Assembly (NCBI RefSeq): GCF_006345805.1
Contig: NW_021824851.1
Coordinates: 18,992-82,991 of the forward strand
Source of the DNA: Octopus sinensis
Lineage: Eukaryota
DNA length: 64,000 bases
Direction of reading: 5' to 3'
Below the pieces are notes generated by a model, which did not search any database, had not been told where the DNA came from, and saw only the letters and a list, made by a program, of their open reading frames with translations. Positions 11,805-24,950 of the stretch are shown here, piece after piece. Position 1 is the stretch's first letter, and each line of letters opens with the position of its first letter. Position numbers and translations under genes: made by a program.

Positions 11805-12037
11805 TTTTTCTTTTTCTCTTTTACTTGTTTCAGTCATTTGACTGCGGCCATGCTGGAGCACCACCTTTAGTCGAGCAACTCGACCCCGGGACTTATTCTT
11901 TGTAAGCCCAGTACTTATTCTATCGGTCTCTTTTTGCCGAACCACTAAGTGACGGGGACGTAAACACACCAGCATCAGTTGTCAAGCAATGCTAGGGGGA
12001 CAAACACAGACACACAAACATACACGCACATAGATAT

Positions 12038-12070
<33 letters not shown>

Positions 12071-12229
12071 CGACGGGCTTCTTTCAGTTTCCGTCTACCA
12101 AATCCACTCACAAAGCTTTGGTCGACCCGGGGCTATAGCAGAAGACACTTGCCCAAGGTGCCACGTAGTGGAACTGAACCCAGAACCATGTGGTTTGTAA
12201 GCAAGCTACTTACCACACAGCCACTCCTG
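11805..12229 (-). mobile_element. SINE family A
   Basis: Full copy. Confidence 0.9.
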
Positions 12230-12562
12230 GCTCTTGATATCTTCCCCTTGCTTTCTCTGGATTATGTAAATAAGGTGAAGAGGGCCTATGAGGTGGTGTG
12301 TCATCCTTATTGGACCCTAAATTTTGCTCAGGTACTGTTTGGACTGTGATAATCATAATTGTCTGAATCAATAGCCATCACATATCATTATCATTTAATG
12401 TCCATTTTCCATGCTGGCATGGGTTGGACAGTTTGACAGGGACTAGCAAGGCCGGAAACCACACCAGGCCCCATAGTCTGTTTTTGGCTTGGTTTCTACA
12501 GCTGGATGTCCTTCCTATCATCAACCATTTTACAAAGTGGATTGAGTGCTCTTTATGTGATA

Positions 12563-12787
12563 CCTATTTCTTTACTACCCACAAGGGGCTAAACATAGAG
12601 AAGACAGACAGACGAATTAAGTCGATTATATCGACTCCAGTGCGTAACTGGTACTTATTTAATCAACCCCGAAAGGATGAAAGGCAAAGTCGACCTTGGC
12701 GGAATTTGAACTCAGAACGTAGCAGCAGACGAAATACCACTAAGCATTTTGCCCGGCGTGCTAACGTTTCTGCCAGCTTGCCGCCTT
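12563..12787 (-). mobile_element. SINE family C
   Basis: Full copy. Confidence 0.8.
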
Positions 12788-12806
12788 TGTGATACCAGCA
12801 CCAATA

Positions 12807-13415
12807 GGGTCACCAACTAGCAAGACTGAGCAGGCACAAGGCCTGAAATCTGGTGGACATGGTTGGTCAGTTACATTGACACCTCTCTCCACCTTTTTTT
12901 TTTTTTGACCCCGAAATGTTGTAAAGCAAAATTCAACCTCAGTAGGATTTGAACTCAGAACGTAAAGAACTGGAAGAAAAGCTGCGAAGCATTTTGTCCA
13001 ACAAGCTTAGGATCATACCAGCTCTCTGCCTTGGCTGTGTGTGTGTTTATGTCTATGTTTTCCAGTTTCAGCTCTTGAGCTGTGGCCATGCTGGGGCACC
13101 GCCTTTTGTGTGCATTTCATAGAAATATTTCCAACAGGGTCACCAACTAGCAAGACAAACTCCACTGAACAGGCACAAGGCCTGAAATCTGGTGGTCACG
13201 GTTGGTCAGTTACATTGACACCTCTCCCCACCTTTTTGTTTTATTGACCCCGAAATGGTGTAAAGCAAAATCAACCTCAGTAGGATTTGAACTCAGAACG
13301 TAAAGAGCTGGAAGAAAAGCTGCATAGCATTTCGTCCAGCAAACTTAGGATCATGCCAGCTCTCTGCCTAGGGTATATGTGTGTGTGTTGCATTTCATAG
13401 AAATATTTCCAACAA
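12807..13415. repeat. Old tandem duplication (~330-bp period) of a degenerate SINE C-containing segment
   Basis: AGGGTCACCAACTAGCAAGAC..GCCAGCTCTCTGCC occurs at about 12807 and 13136. Confidence 0.75.
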
Positions 13416-13610
13416 CAAAGAAAGTGGGTGGAATGACAAGGGAAACTTGAGAAGCGTTGTTTTATATCCTGTGGTCTTTAGTGCAGAATCACTTGGAGAG
13501 TGTGGAGGGAGGGCAGTGAATGTTTTTTGTTGAGACATTGTCAGGAGTTGAGCTGTGGATCAAAGAGCTCTTTGTTCAAGCAGGATGTTGAAACATCAAC
13601 CACCCGGCCC

Positions 13611-13954
13611 AGCTCTCTCTCTCCCTCTCTTTCTCTCTTTCTCTCTCTTTCTTTCTCTCTCTTTCTCTCTCTTTCTCTTTCTTTCTCTGTTTCTCTTTCT
13701 TTCTCTCTCTCTCTTTCTCTCTCCCTCTCTTTCTCTCTCTCTCTTTCTCTCTCCCTCTCTTTCTCTCTCACTCTTTCTTTCTCTCTTTCTCTTTCTTTCT
13801 CTGTTTCTCTTTCTTTCTCTGTTTCTCTCTCCCTCTCTTTCTCTCTCCCTCTCTTTCTCTCTCACTCTTTCTTTCTCTCTTTCTCTATCGCTTTCTCTCT
13901 CACTCTCTCACTCTTTCTCTCTCTCTCTCTCTCTCACTCTTTCTCTCTGTCTTT

Positions 13955-13996
<42 letters not shown>

Positions 13997-14120
13997 CCCC
14001 CTCCCCCTCTCTCTCATACTTGTTAGACACTTGTTGAGTAGCAACATCTGTCTGGTTGTTTATCTTACTTTCAATCAGTTGCTCTGCCTATATATCCGTA
14101 TCTCTCTCTCTCTCTCCCCC
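13611..14120. repeat. (CT)/(CTTT)-rich polypyrimidine tract
   Basis: Direct reading; source of the SLSLSL and ERERER ORFs. Confidence 0.95.
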
Positions 14121-14624
14121 CCCCCTCACACACACACACACTCACTCTTAATCCTGTAGGTTGATAAATAGACAAGAACAAAACAAGGGAGAAAGAGCAG
14201 CTCTGAAATCGGAAACGTTTGATGCTATTCAACTGTATAACAAACTCTTTTGCACCAAACTCTTCTTCTCAACTCAATTGCAAACCTTATGGTGGTAAGT
14301 CTGAAAGTTTTCAGTTTCAGTAAGATGGTGACCCTGAAATGAATCAAGGGCCAAATTGACCTTGGTGGGATTTGAACTCAGACTGCAGAGAATCCGAACG
14401 AAGCCCATCGTGTACGTATATATGATGATGATATATATATATTGGTTGGCATCCTTTTTGTCTCGGGAGACAATGGAGTTGCGCATAGCTCCATCTCTTA
14501 GAATTTCGTTAAGTAAATTACTCGCTTCTCCCCCCTCTGCTTAAATTCTGACCGTCCCTAAATTCCGACTGACCCTTGTTCGCTGTGCTGGCCATTTTTA
14601 TTTATTTATTTTTTTTTTTTTACC

Positions 14625-14655
<31 letters not shown>

Positions 14656-14656
14656 A

Positions 14657-15073
14657 GATGGTGAGCTGGCAGAATCATTAGCACGCAGGGCGAAATGCGT
14701 AGCCGTATTTCGTCTGCTGTTACGTTCTGAGTTCAAATTCCGCCGAGGTCGACTTTGCCTTTCATCCTTTCGGGGTCGATAAATTAAGTACCAGTTATGT
14801 ACTGGAATCAATGTAATCGGTTTAATCCATTTGTCTGTCCTTGTTTGTCCCCTCTGTATTTAGCCCCTTGTGGGTAGTAAAGAAATAGGTATTTTGTCTG
14901 CCTCTATGATCTGAGTTCAAATTCCGCTGAGGTCGATTTTGCTTTTCATCCTTTGGGGTTGATAAATTAGGTACCAGTTACGCACTGGGGTCGATATAAT
15001 CGAATTAATCCGTCGGTCTGTCCTTGTTTGTCTCCTCTGTGTTTAGCCCCTTGTGGGTAGTAAAGAAATAGGT
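14657..15073 (+). mobile_element. SINE family C with duplicated body
   Basis: Head followed by two body units. Confidence 0.8.
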
Positions 15074-15074
15074 G

Positions 15075-15125
<51 letters not shown>

Positions 15126-15717
15126 TATATATACATATATAATACATGCACGATGGGCTTCTCTCAGTTTCTGTCTAAAAGCTTTGGTTGGCCTATCACT
15201 GTAGTAGAAGACATGCTCAAAGTGCCGTGCAGTGGAACTGAACCCGGAACCATGTGGTTGGTAAACAAGCTACTTACCACACAGCCACTCCTATAAAATC
15301 AATTCACCTCTACTGTTTCTCTTAATGTACCATCGACGATGTTAAAAATGGTAGTTTTTAAAGCTTTGATGAGAACAAGATTAGAAGTTCTAATGGAGAG
15401 TGAATAGATTGGTATCTGGCTTCCGCATCTGAAAGCAATCTCGTGAGATCGGTTGTGATTGTGATTGGTCAGTCTTTCAGACGTAGCCAGCTGTTTTGCA
15501 GTGATTTACTCTTTACTCGCTCGTTAAGCAACGATTAATTACTCGCATGTTAGGTGTCAGTAGTTATCACTTCTTCGATGTTAAGTGGCGAGAGTCGGGG
15601 AGCAGAGGTGCTCAAATGCGATGCAGATAGAAAGGTGTTGCCACTGACACACACAGCTATACTCATGCAAACACACACACATTATGGAGTGCATGTGTGT
15701 GTGTGTGTATATATACA

Positions 15718-16638
15718 CACAGGAGTGGCTGTGTGGTAAGTAGCTTGCTTACCAACCACATGGTTCCGGGTTCAGTCCCACTGCGTGGCACCTTGGGCAA
15801 GTGTCTTCTACTATAGCCCCGAGCTGACCAAAGCCTTGTGAATGGATTTGGTAGACGGAAACTGAAAAGAAGCCCGTCGTATATATGTGAGTGGCTGTGT
15901 GGTAAGTAGCTTGCTTACCAACCACATGGTTCCGGGTTCAGTCCCACTGCGTGGCACCTTGGGCAAGTGTCTTCTGCTATAGCCTCGGCCCGACCAAAGC
16001 CTTGTGAGTGAATTTGGTAGATGGAAACTGAAAAGAAGCCCATCGTATATATGTGAGTGGCTGTGTGGTAAGTAGCTTGCTTACCAACCGCATGGTTCTG
16101 AGTTCAGTCCCACTGCATGGTACCTTGGGCAAGTGTCTTCCACTCTAGCCTCGGGCCGACCAAAGCCTTCTGAGTGGATTTGGTAGACGGAAACTGAAAA
16201 GAAGCCCGTTGTATATATGTGAGTGGCTGTGTGGTAAGTAGCTTGCTTACCAACCACATGGTTCTGAGTTCATTCCCACTGCGTGGCACCTTGAGCAAGT
16301 GTCTTCTACTATAGCCTCGGGCCGACCAAAGCCTTGTGAGTGGATTTGGTAGACGGAAACTGAAAGAAGCCCTTCGTATATATGTATATATACATGTATG
16401 TGTGTGTATATGTTTGTGTGTCTGTGTTTGTCCCCCTAGCATTGCTTGACAACCGATGCTGGTGTGTTTATGTCAACGTAACCTAGCGGTTCAGCAAAAA
16501 AAACTGATAGAATAAGTACTGGGCTTACAAAAGAATAAGTACTGGGCTTACAAAAGAATAAGTCCCGGGGTCGATGTGCTCGACTAAAGGCGGTGCTCCA
16601 GCATGGCCACAGTCACATGACTGAAACAAGTAAAAGAG
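15718..16638 (+). mobile_element. SINE family A with four tandem 166-bp head+core units
   Basis: GAGTGGCTGTGTGG starts at 15723, 15889, 16055 and 16221, followed by a single tail. Confidence 0.9.
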
Positions 16639-16805
16639 TATGTGTATTTGTGTTGAAATATATCATCATCATCAGCTTTACTTCTGCTTTTCCTTGCTGG
16701 TATGGGTTCAAGGGTGAAACAGGATCCATTGCATCAGTAAACCAAAGTCATCTTTGGCAAAATTTCTATTGCTCCATACATTTGTGTGTGTATATCTCTT
16801 TTTCT

Positions 16806-17025
16806 CTTTCTCTTTTTACTCTTTTACTTCTTTCAGTCATTTGACTGCGGCCATGCTGGAGCACCGCCTTTAATCGAGCAAATCGACCCCCAGGACTTAT
16901 TCTTTGGAGCCTAGTACTTATTCTATCGGTCTCTTTTGCCGAACCGCTAAGTGATCGGGACGTAAACACACAACCATTGGTTGTCAAGCGATGTTGGGGG
17001 GATAAGCACAGACACGCAAACATAT

Positions 17026-17069
<44 letters not shown>

Positions 17070-17385
17070 TTACAATGGGCTTCTTTTCAGTTTCAGTCTA
17101 CCAAATCCACTCACGAGGCTTTGGTTGGCCTGAAGTTATAGTAGAAGACACTTAACCTAGGTGCCACGCAGTGGGACTGAACCCGGAACCATGTGGTTGG
17201 TAAGCAAGCTACTTACCACACAGCCACTCACATATATACAACGGGCTTCTTTTCAGTTTCCGTCTACCAAATCCACTCACAAGGCTTTGATCAGCCTGAG
17301 GCTATAGTAGAAGACACTTGCCCAAGGTGCCACGCAGTGGGACTGAACCTGGACCCATGTGGTTGGTAAGCAAGCTACTTACTAG
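16806..17385 (-). mobile_element. SINE family A with duplicated head+core
   Basis: Tail at 16806; two head/core units at about 17070-17230 and 17238-17385. Confidence 0.85.
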
Positions 17386-17690
17386 GCATGTGGTTAGAGG
17401 TATTTAGCGTACAATCAAAAGGCTGTGAGTTCAATTCTGGGAGATGCATTGTGTCCTTGAATAAGACACTTCGTTTCACATTGGTCCAGTCCACTCAGCT
17501 GACAAAAAGTAAGTAGTACCTGTAATTCAAAGGGGCGAGCCTTGTCACATTCTTTGTCACGCTGAATCTCTCCGAGAACTACATTTAGAGTATAGATGTC
17601 TATGGAGTACTCAGCCACTTGCAGGTTGTTTCATTGATCGGATCAACTGGAACATTTGTCATCATAACTGAAAGTGTTCCAGTAATAGTT
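17386..17690 (+). mobile_element. Degenerate tRNA-derived SINE (family E)
   Basis: TGTGGTTAGAGG..GAGTTCAATTCTGG head followed by TGTGTCCTTGAATAAGACACTT..CCAGTCCACTCAGCTG. Confidence 0.55.
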
Positions 17691-18059
17691 GAAGACATTT
17701 GACCAAAGTACTGTGTGTTGGGACTGAACCCAAAACCACATTGTCGCCAAACAAGTACCTCAACCACACAGTCCAAGTTTATTGTACCCACTGCTCAGGC
17801 GCACCATATCATTTTTATTTCATTTGATATAATCTTCCATGTTAGAATCACTTCACTTTTCCAGTCAGTCACATCGGTTTCACAAGGGTTGCAGAGCTGA
17901 AGGGAGACCAATCGAATTAGGGACTCACTTCTAAACCTGGTCATATTATATGTTTCCCATCAATATAAGAATTATACAAGTAGTGTAATTATAAAGTCCA
18001 ACCCCTCCTCAAAGCGGTAAGGTGGTGTAAACGGGCAGTGTCATAGCTATGCCGTCGGG

Positions 18060-18530
18060 AATTTCGGTTCCTGGTAGGGCCACCCAAGGTGGATTGGTCT
18101 GGCACCAAGCAGTATTAGGGCTGCAGGCCTGGCCAATGGGGCTCTGGTGAAAATTCCAAGAGGCGTCTGATCAGCAACCGGTGGCTTCGAAGTCATTCTG
18201 TCCCTACGTCTGTGGAGACTCCGCGACAAACAGGGCATCCCGTAACTCGGGATATGCATGTGGGATGTCGGGGACAGCTTGTGAATTCAGTATTCCCACG
18301 AAACTTCTTCTATGAATCCCACTACTACCATGGCAATAAATATGAATACGAACTTGCAACTCTCAGGTCGGTCTGCGCAGATGGAACCACGAATGGCTCG
18401 CTATCTCCAGTGACCTCGCACAGGACCATCGAGCGTGGGCCGCCATGGTTCGTGATGCCTTCAGGACCAGAGAAGAAGCCGGCTCAACCCACCCTGGGTG
18501 AACGCCGTCACAGGTACAAGTACAAAGTAA
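18060..18530 (+). mobile_element. RTE-clade LINE 3' fragment (distinct subfamily, CAAGTA-type tail)
   Basis: Frame reading GLRRWNHEWLAISSDLAQDHRAWAAMVRDAFRTREEAGSTHPG* then CAGGTACAAGTACAA tail; LAQDRxAW is the RTE C-terminal motif. Confidence 0.6.
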
Positions 18531-18996
18531 GGTGATTCCATGAATTAAAGAGATGGTAGTGTTGAAAGATTGTTCTACTGTTTGCTACAAACCTGTTAAT
18601 CTAGCAATGTGCCAAACTTCGGTTGTACAGAAAATATTTTGGGGTTTGAATTTTTTTTTCTGCTGGTTCTCTCTCAAAGAATAGCATTAAGCCATCACAA
18701 ACTAAATACTTGTAAACTTTCTGTGTTGGGGGTGGAGGATATTGTGGTATTATTGTTTGGCTCAGATCAGATGAATCTATGACGGGAGAGATACAAGCTG
18801 TGGCCATCTCGTGTATTATGAAGGCATGGTGTATCTAGGATCATGCGTATGTCTTCGTGTGATGGAGTGTGTTGCTGTTTATCTCCAGGCCAGTTCTAAT
18901 GAAATAAATCTCTTATAAAATGTGTTCCACCTGTGACCATCTCATCTTTTATTCAGACAGATATAGTGTATGTAGGACCTGATATGTGTTGTACCT

Positions 18997-19612
18997 TCAT
19001 CATCATCATCGTTTAACATCCGCTTTCCATGCTAGCATGGGTTGGACGATTTTGTCTGAGGGCTGGCGAACTAGATGGCTGCACCAGGCTCCAGTCTTGA
19101 TTTGGCAGAGTTTCTACAGCTGGATGCCCTTCCTAATGCCAACCACTCCGCGAGTGTAGTGGGTGCTTTTTACATGCCACCGGCACAGGGGCCAGTCAGG
19201 CAGTACTGGCAATGACCTCGCTCGAATCTTTTTACAGGTGCCAGTAAGGCGACTTTAGTAATGATCACGCTCGAATGGTGCCCTTTTACGTGCCACCAGC
19301 ACGGGGACCAGTCAGGCAGTACTAGCAACGACCTCGCTCGAATCCTTTTACACATGCCACCAACACAGGTGCTAGTAAGGCGACTTTGGTAACGCTCACT
19401 TTGAATGGTGGCCTTTTACGTGCCATTGACACAGAAGCCAGTTGGCTGCTCTGGCAATGATCACGCTCAGATGATGCTCTTGGCACCCTACTAGCATGGG
19501 CACAAGTGCCAGTAAGGCGACGCTGGTAACGATCATGCTCGAATGGTGCCCTTTAAGTGCCACTAGCACGGAAGCCAGTTGGCTGCTCTGGCAACATTCA
19601 CGCTCGGATGGA
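18997..19612 (-). mobile_element. RTE 3' UTR copy (family B)
   Basis: (CAT)n-CGTTTAACATCCGCTTTCCATGCTAGCATGGG start and internal GTGCCACC units. Confidence 0.8.
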
Positions 19613-19882
19613 TACAGTAATCATTAACATCTACAATAGACCCAGGCATATATTTATGGTTAAGTTTTTTTCCCAACCTTGTGACCTTGGGTTCAATCCT
19701 ATGGCATGGCACTTTGGACCAATGTCTTTTACTAAGGCCCCAGGCTGATCAAATTCTTTGTGGATTTTGGAGAGAAAAAAATGAAAAAAACAAAAAGCAC
19801 TTGTATGTGTGTGATAGTTATAAGCAAGCATCACCTGCAAAGCACCAATGGAATTTCTTTCTGATTTTCCATGAAGGCATAT

Positions 19883-20520
19883 ATCATCATCATCATCATC
19901 ATCATTTAGCGTCCGCTTTCCATGCTAGCATGGGTTGGACGGTTCAACTGGGGTTTGTGAAGCCAGAAGGCTGCATCAGACCCAGTCTAATCTGGCAGTG
20001 TTTCTACGGCTGGATGCCCTTCCTAACGCCAACCACTCCGTGAGTGTAGTGGGTGCTTTTTACGTGCCACCCACACAGGTGCCAGACGGAGCTGGCAAAC
20101 GGCCACGAACAGATGGTGCTTTTACGTGCCTCCAGCACGGGGGCCAGGCGAGGCTGGCAACGGCCACGAATGGATGGTGCTTTTACGTGCCACCAGCATG
20201 GGGGCCAGGCGAGGCTGGTAACGGCCATGAACGGATGGTGCTATGTGCCACCGGCACGGGGGCCAGGCGAGGCTGGCAGCGGACACGAACGGATGGTGCT
20301 TTTACGTGCCACCAGCACGGGGGCCAGGCGAGGCTGGCAACGGCCACGAACGGATGGTGCTATGTGCCACCGGCACGGGGGCCAGGCGAGGCTGGCAACG
20401 GCCACGAACGGGTGGTGCTTTTACGTGCCACCAGCATGGGGGCCAGGCGAGGCTGGCAACGGCCACGAACGGATGGTGCTATGTGCCACCGGCACGGAAG
20501 CCAGTCGGGGCGGCGCTCTG
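19883..20520 (-). mobile_element. RTE 3' UTR copy (family B) with about seven ~60-bp tandem units
   Basis: Unit GTGCCACCGGCACGGGGGCCAGGCGAGGCTGGCAACGGCCACGAACGGATGGTGCT repeated. Confidence 0.85.
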
Positions 20521-21184
20521 AAATGATATTAGAAATTTTTACTTACGGCTGTTCTTGAAGACAACTAACAGCAAATTCTCTCACAACTCTGTCAGCATAT
20601 GCAAAATCAAGTAAACCTAAACTGTGTTCACAGTAGCTATGCAAAAATATTACGTTGCTTGGAAGCTGGTGAGTGTTGGTGACAAGAAGGTCTTCTGGTT
20701 TTAGAAAACTGACCTCAAAGAACTGTGTCTGACCCCTGCAAGTACGGAGAGGTAAACTGAAAAATGAGGCTGTTCCAGTTGGTTTGGTCTCTGGGCATTT
20801 TCAAGTGTTGTATTCCTGCAATATTTACAAAGTTCCAGACATCCAGGAATAAACCAGCTGATGACTGTAACAGTGTCGATGTAATAAATATTGTAATCAG
20901 TCCTTTCATGTTTAACGATGTGATTAATTAGTCTTAATTAACAGAAATTCATCTCGGACGTACCATAATTAGTTGAAGTTGTGTTTTGCATTAGTCCCTC
21001 TGGCGATGTACTTACAACAACACTGTGGCTAAATATAAAATAATCGAGTTACTCTTCGATAGTAAATTTATTAATCTATTAACCTCACCAAATGCTTAAT
21101 TATTTTTTCTAAATATGTAGATTTTAACCCATATCACATTATGGATCAGCCCCGTGCTAGTAGGGTGCTAAGAGCACCATCCGA

Positions 21185-21417
21185 AAGGCGGCGAGCTGGC
21201 AGAACCGTTAGCACGCTGGGCGAAATGCGTAGCTGTATTTCGTCGGCCGCTACGTTCTGAGTTCAAATTCCGCCGAGGTCGACTTTGCCTTTCATCCTTT
21301 CGGGGTCGATAAATTAAGTACCAGTTGCGCACTGGAGTCGATATAATCGACTTAATCCGTTTGTCTGTCCTTGTTTGTCCCTTCTATGTCTAGTCCCTTG
21401 TGGGTAGTAAAGAAACA
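21185..21417 (+). mobile_element. SINE family C
   Basis: Full copy nested within a family B element. Confidence 0.85.
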
Positions 21418-21419
21418 AA

Positions 21420-21790
21420 AGGCACCATCCGAGCGTGATCATTGCCAGAGCAGTTAACTGGCTTCCGTGCCGGTGGCATGTAGGAGGCACCATTCGAGCG
21501 GGATCGTTACCAGCATCGCCTTACTGGCACCTGTGCCATTGGCATGAGTAAAAAAATTCGAGCGAGGTCATTACCAGTACCGCCTGACTGGGCCCCATGC
21601 TGGTGGCACGTAAAAGCACCCACTACACTCTCAGAGTGGTTGGCGTTAGGAAGGACATCCAGCTGTAGAAACTCTGCCATATCAAGATTGAAGCCTGGTG
21701 CAACCATCTGGTTCGCCAGTCCTCAGTCAAAATCATCCAACCCATGCTAGCATGGAAAGCAGACGTTAAATGATGATGATGATGATGATG
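21420..21790 (+). mobile_element. RTE 3' UTR copy (family B)
   Basis: Ends CATGCTAGCATGGAAAGCAGACGTTAAAT(GAT)n. Confidence 0.8.
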
Positions 21791-22149
21791 ATACATTATG
21801 TATATCTGACCAAAGCAGTTTCATTTGTTTATTTACATCATTATTTCTATATGTATGTGTGTATATATATATATATATATAAATTAGTAAAAACTGGTAC
21901 TTAATTTATCAACCCCGAAAGGATGAAAGGCAAAGTCGACCTCGGCGGAATTTGAACTCAGAACATAAGAACCAATGTAAATGTCAGGAAGCATTTTTCC
22001 TGGCATGCTAACAATTCTGCCAGCTTGCCGCTTCAGTATAGAGTCAAAAATGCAAAACAGGAACCAACAAGTCATTGAACTTTGGTGTTCTCAATTCTTA
22101 TTGATTCCACTGTTTATAGTTTTATATTTTTTTTTCGTTATTTAATTTA

Positions 22150-22808
22150 TTCTTTTATTCTTTTACTTGTTTCAGTCATTTTGACTGTGGCCATGCTGGA
22201 GCACCGCCTTTTTTAGTCGAGCAAATCGACCCCGGGATTTATTCTTTGTAAGCCTGGTACTTATTCTATCGGTCTCTTTTTGCCAAACCGCTAAGTTACA
22301 GGGCCGTAAACACATCAGTTGTCAAGTGGTGTTGTGGGGGGGGGGCAAACACAGACACACAAACACACACACACACAGACACATATATACATAAATACAT
22401 ACATACATACCATCATCATCATCATCGTATAATGTCCGTTTCCATGCTAACATGGGTTGGACAGTTCGAACGGGGTCTGGGAAGCCAGGAGGCTGCACCA
22501 GGCTCCAGTCTGATTTTGGCAGTGTTTCTGCAGCTTGATACCCTTCCTAACGCCAAAATATATATATATGTATATATATAACCCATGCTAGCATGGAGAA
22601 CGGACGTTAAATGATGATGATGATGATGATATATATATATATATATACACGATAGGCTTCTTTCAGTTTCCATCTACCAAATCCACTCACAAGGCATTGG
22701 TCGGCCCGAGGCTATAGTAGAAGACACTTGTCCAAGATGCCACGCAGTGGGACTGAACCCGGAACCATGTGGTTGGTGAGCAAGCTACTTACCACACAGC
22801 CACTCCTG
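22150..22808 (-). mobile_element. SINE family A interrupted by two oppositely oriented family B fragments (22411-22629)
   Basis: SINE tail 22150-22370 and head 22648-22808 flank (CAT)n..GCCAA and AACCCATGCTAGC..(GAT)n. Confidence 0.75.
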
Positions 22809-23242
22809 TGCGTGTATCTTTTGCCTTTTACATGTTTCAGTCTGTGGCCATGCAGGAGCACTGCCTTGAAGACTTTCATCAAACTAGTACTTGTTTTTTT
22901 TGTTTAAACCTGGGATTTCTGTGTCTTTTGCTTGACTACTAAGTTGAGGGGTATAAACAAACCAACACTGGTTATCAAGCAATGGTAGGGAACAAATATA
23001 CACACACACACACAACATGCTTCTTTGTTTTTTTTTTATCTCACAAAGCTTTGACCAACCTGAGGCTATAGCAGAAGACATTTGCCCAAGGTGCTATGCA
23101 GTGGGACTGAACTCGGAACCATGTGGTTGGCAAATAAACTTCTTACCACGTAGCCACTCACATGTGGCTTTGTGGTGCGTGTGTATATATATATATATCA
23201 TTATGCATGTATGTGTTTGTGTATATATATTTTTATATATGT

Positions 23243-23545
23243 AGAGGCGCAATGGTCCAGTGGTTAGGGCAGCAGACTCGCAGTCGGAGGATCGCAATTT
23301 CGATTCCCAGACCAGGCGCTGTGTGTGTTCATTGAGTGAAAACACTTAAAAGCTCTACGAGGCTCCGGCAAGGGGTGGTGGGGACCCATGTTGTACTCTT
23401 TTACCACAGCTTTCTCTCAATCTCTCTCCCTGTTTCTTGAGTAACACTGCAATGGACTGGCCTCCCGTCCAGCTGGAGGGGAACACATATGCCACAGAAA
23501 CCGGGAAACCGGGCCCATGAGCCTGGCTAGGCTTTAAAAGGGTGA
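23243..23545 (+). mobile_element. SINE family D
   Basis: Full copy, GAGGCGCAATGG head. Confidence 0.8.
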
Positions 23546-23589
23546 CGTTTATCGTTTTATTTTTTATATATATATATCTCGTGATCAAT

Positions 23590-23835
23590 ATATATCGTGA
23601 CTGACCAGAGTATCAGATGTTGTTACTCATTGCTGATCACAATGCGCTCTGCATCATTTTAGCCTTCAAACGATGCCTCTCTGCTGCCAGCATTCCTCCT
23701 GATCGAACGGGGAACTGGAGCAATGTGGGATGAAGTGTTTTGCTCAAGAACTCTACACACTGCCCAGTTTGAGAATCCAACCCATCTAGTGGTTGTGAAT
23801 GCAACAGCCAAACCACTAGGCCATGCGCCTTCACA
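23590..23835 (-). mobile_element. tRNA-derived SINE (family F)
   Basis: Minus-strand head GAAGGCGCATGGCCTAGTGGTT..GTTCTTGAGCAAAACACTTCATCCC. Confidence 0.55.
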
Positions 23836-23856
23836 CACACACACACACACACACAT

Positions 23857-24238
23857 GTACTCTTTTACTTGTTTCAGTCATTTGACTGCGGCCATGCTGG
23901 AGCACCGCCTTTAGTCGAGCAACTCGACCCCGGGACTTATTCTTTGTAAGTCCAGTACTTATTCTATCGGTCTCTTTTGCCGAACTGCTAAGTGACGGGG
24001 ACATAAACACACCAGCATCAGTTATCAAGCAATGCTAGGGGGACAAACACATACACACACACATATATATATACATATATACGACAGGCTTCTTTCAGTT
24101 TCCATCTACCAAATCCACTCACAAGGCATTAATCGGCCCAGGGCTATAGCAGCAGACACTTGCCCAAGGTGCCACGTAGTGGGACTGAACCCGGAACCAT
24201 GTGGTTGGTTAGCAAGCTACTTCCCACACAGCCACTCT
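23857..24238 (-). mobile_element. SINE family A
   Basis: Full copy. Confidence 0.9.
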
Positions 24239-24614
24239 TGTATGTAGTTTAATTAAAGAAATTAATTGGTTATTAGAAAATTGACTGTTTATTTCATCTT
24301 GGAATGTGGCGTTACTTTGGTGGTGGTGGTGGGGGGGATGAAAATTAATCAAATATTTTCTGATGGTGGGAGGAGCAGGAGGTAGAAAAAGTTGGGACCT
24401 TCTGCTCAGTGTGGATGCTTGAACTGCTAGAAATAGCAAACAAATTTCCCTGAAATTTAATGCTACCTTTTTAAAGAAAGACAGGCCCATTGGATAATCA
24501 TATGGAAGTGGGATGGCCATGGCTGAAATATTTTTTTTACCATTGGTCAGCTCAGAACTGACCTGGAACGAAACACCATCATCAATCATGAAATTATTTT
24601 CATCTCTTATGTTT

Positions 24615-24950
24615 TACAAGGTGTATTCCAGAACTTTCAGACTTTCAGGAGAGATATTTATTCATTTCAAAACTCTAATCTCCTTCAAAGTAGGATCCCC
24701 TAACATCAATGCATTTGTTGTGGCACCCCAGCCACTTCGTGAAGGCCCCATGGAAGTCCTCCGAAGTGAAGGTGTCCAAGATCTTTGTCATAACTTCCAT
24801 CTCCAAAACAACTGCCCCCGAGATTCTCCTTCAGCTTGGGGAACTACCAAAAGTCATAGGGACCAAGATCTGGAATGTAGGGAGGCTGAGGGGCAGTTTT
24901 GATGCCCACCTCTGTCAAGTGGTGGGTTTCAGTATGTTCATCGCACCCTT
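24615..24950 (-). mobile_element. mariner transposase C-terminal remnant
   Basis: Minus strand GIKTAPQPPYIPDLGPYDFW*FPKLKENL / KILDTFTSEDFHGAFTKWL..NKCIDVRGSYFEGD*. Confidence 0.8.
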
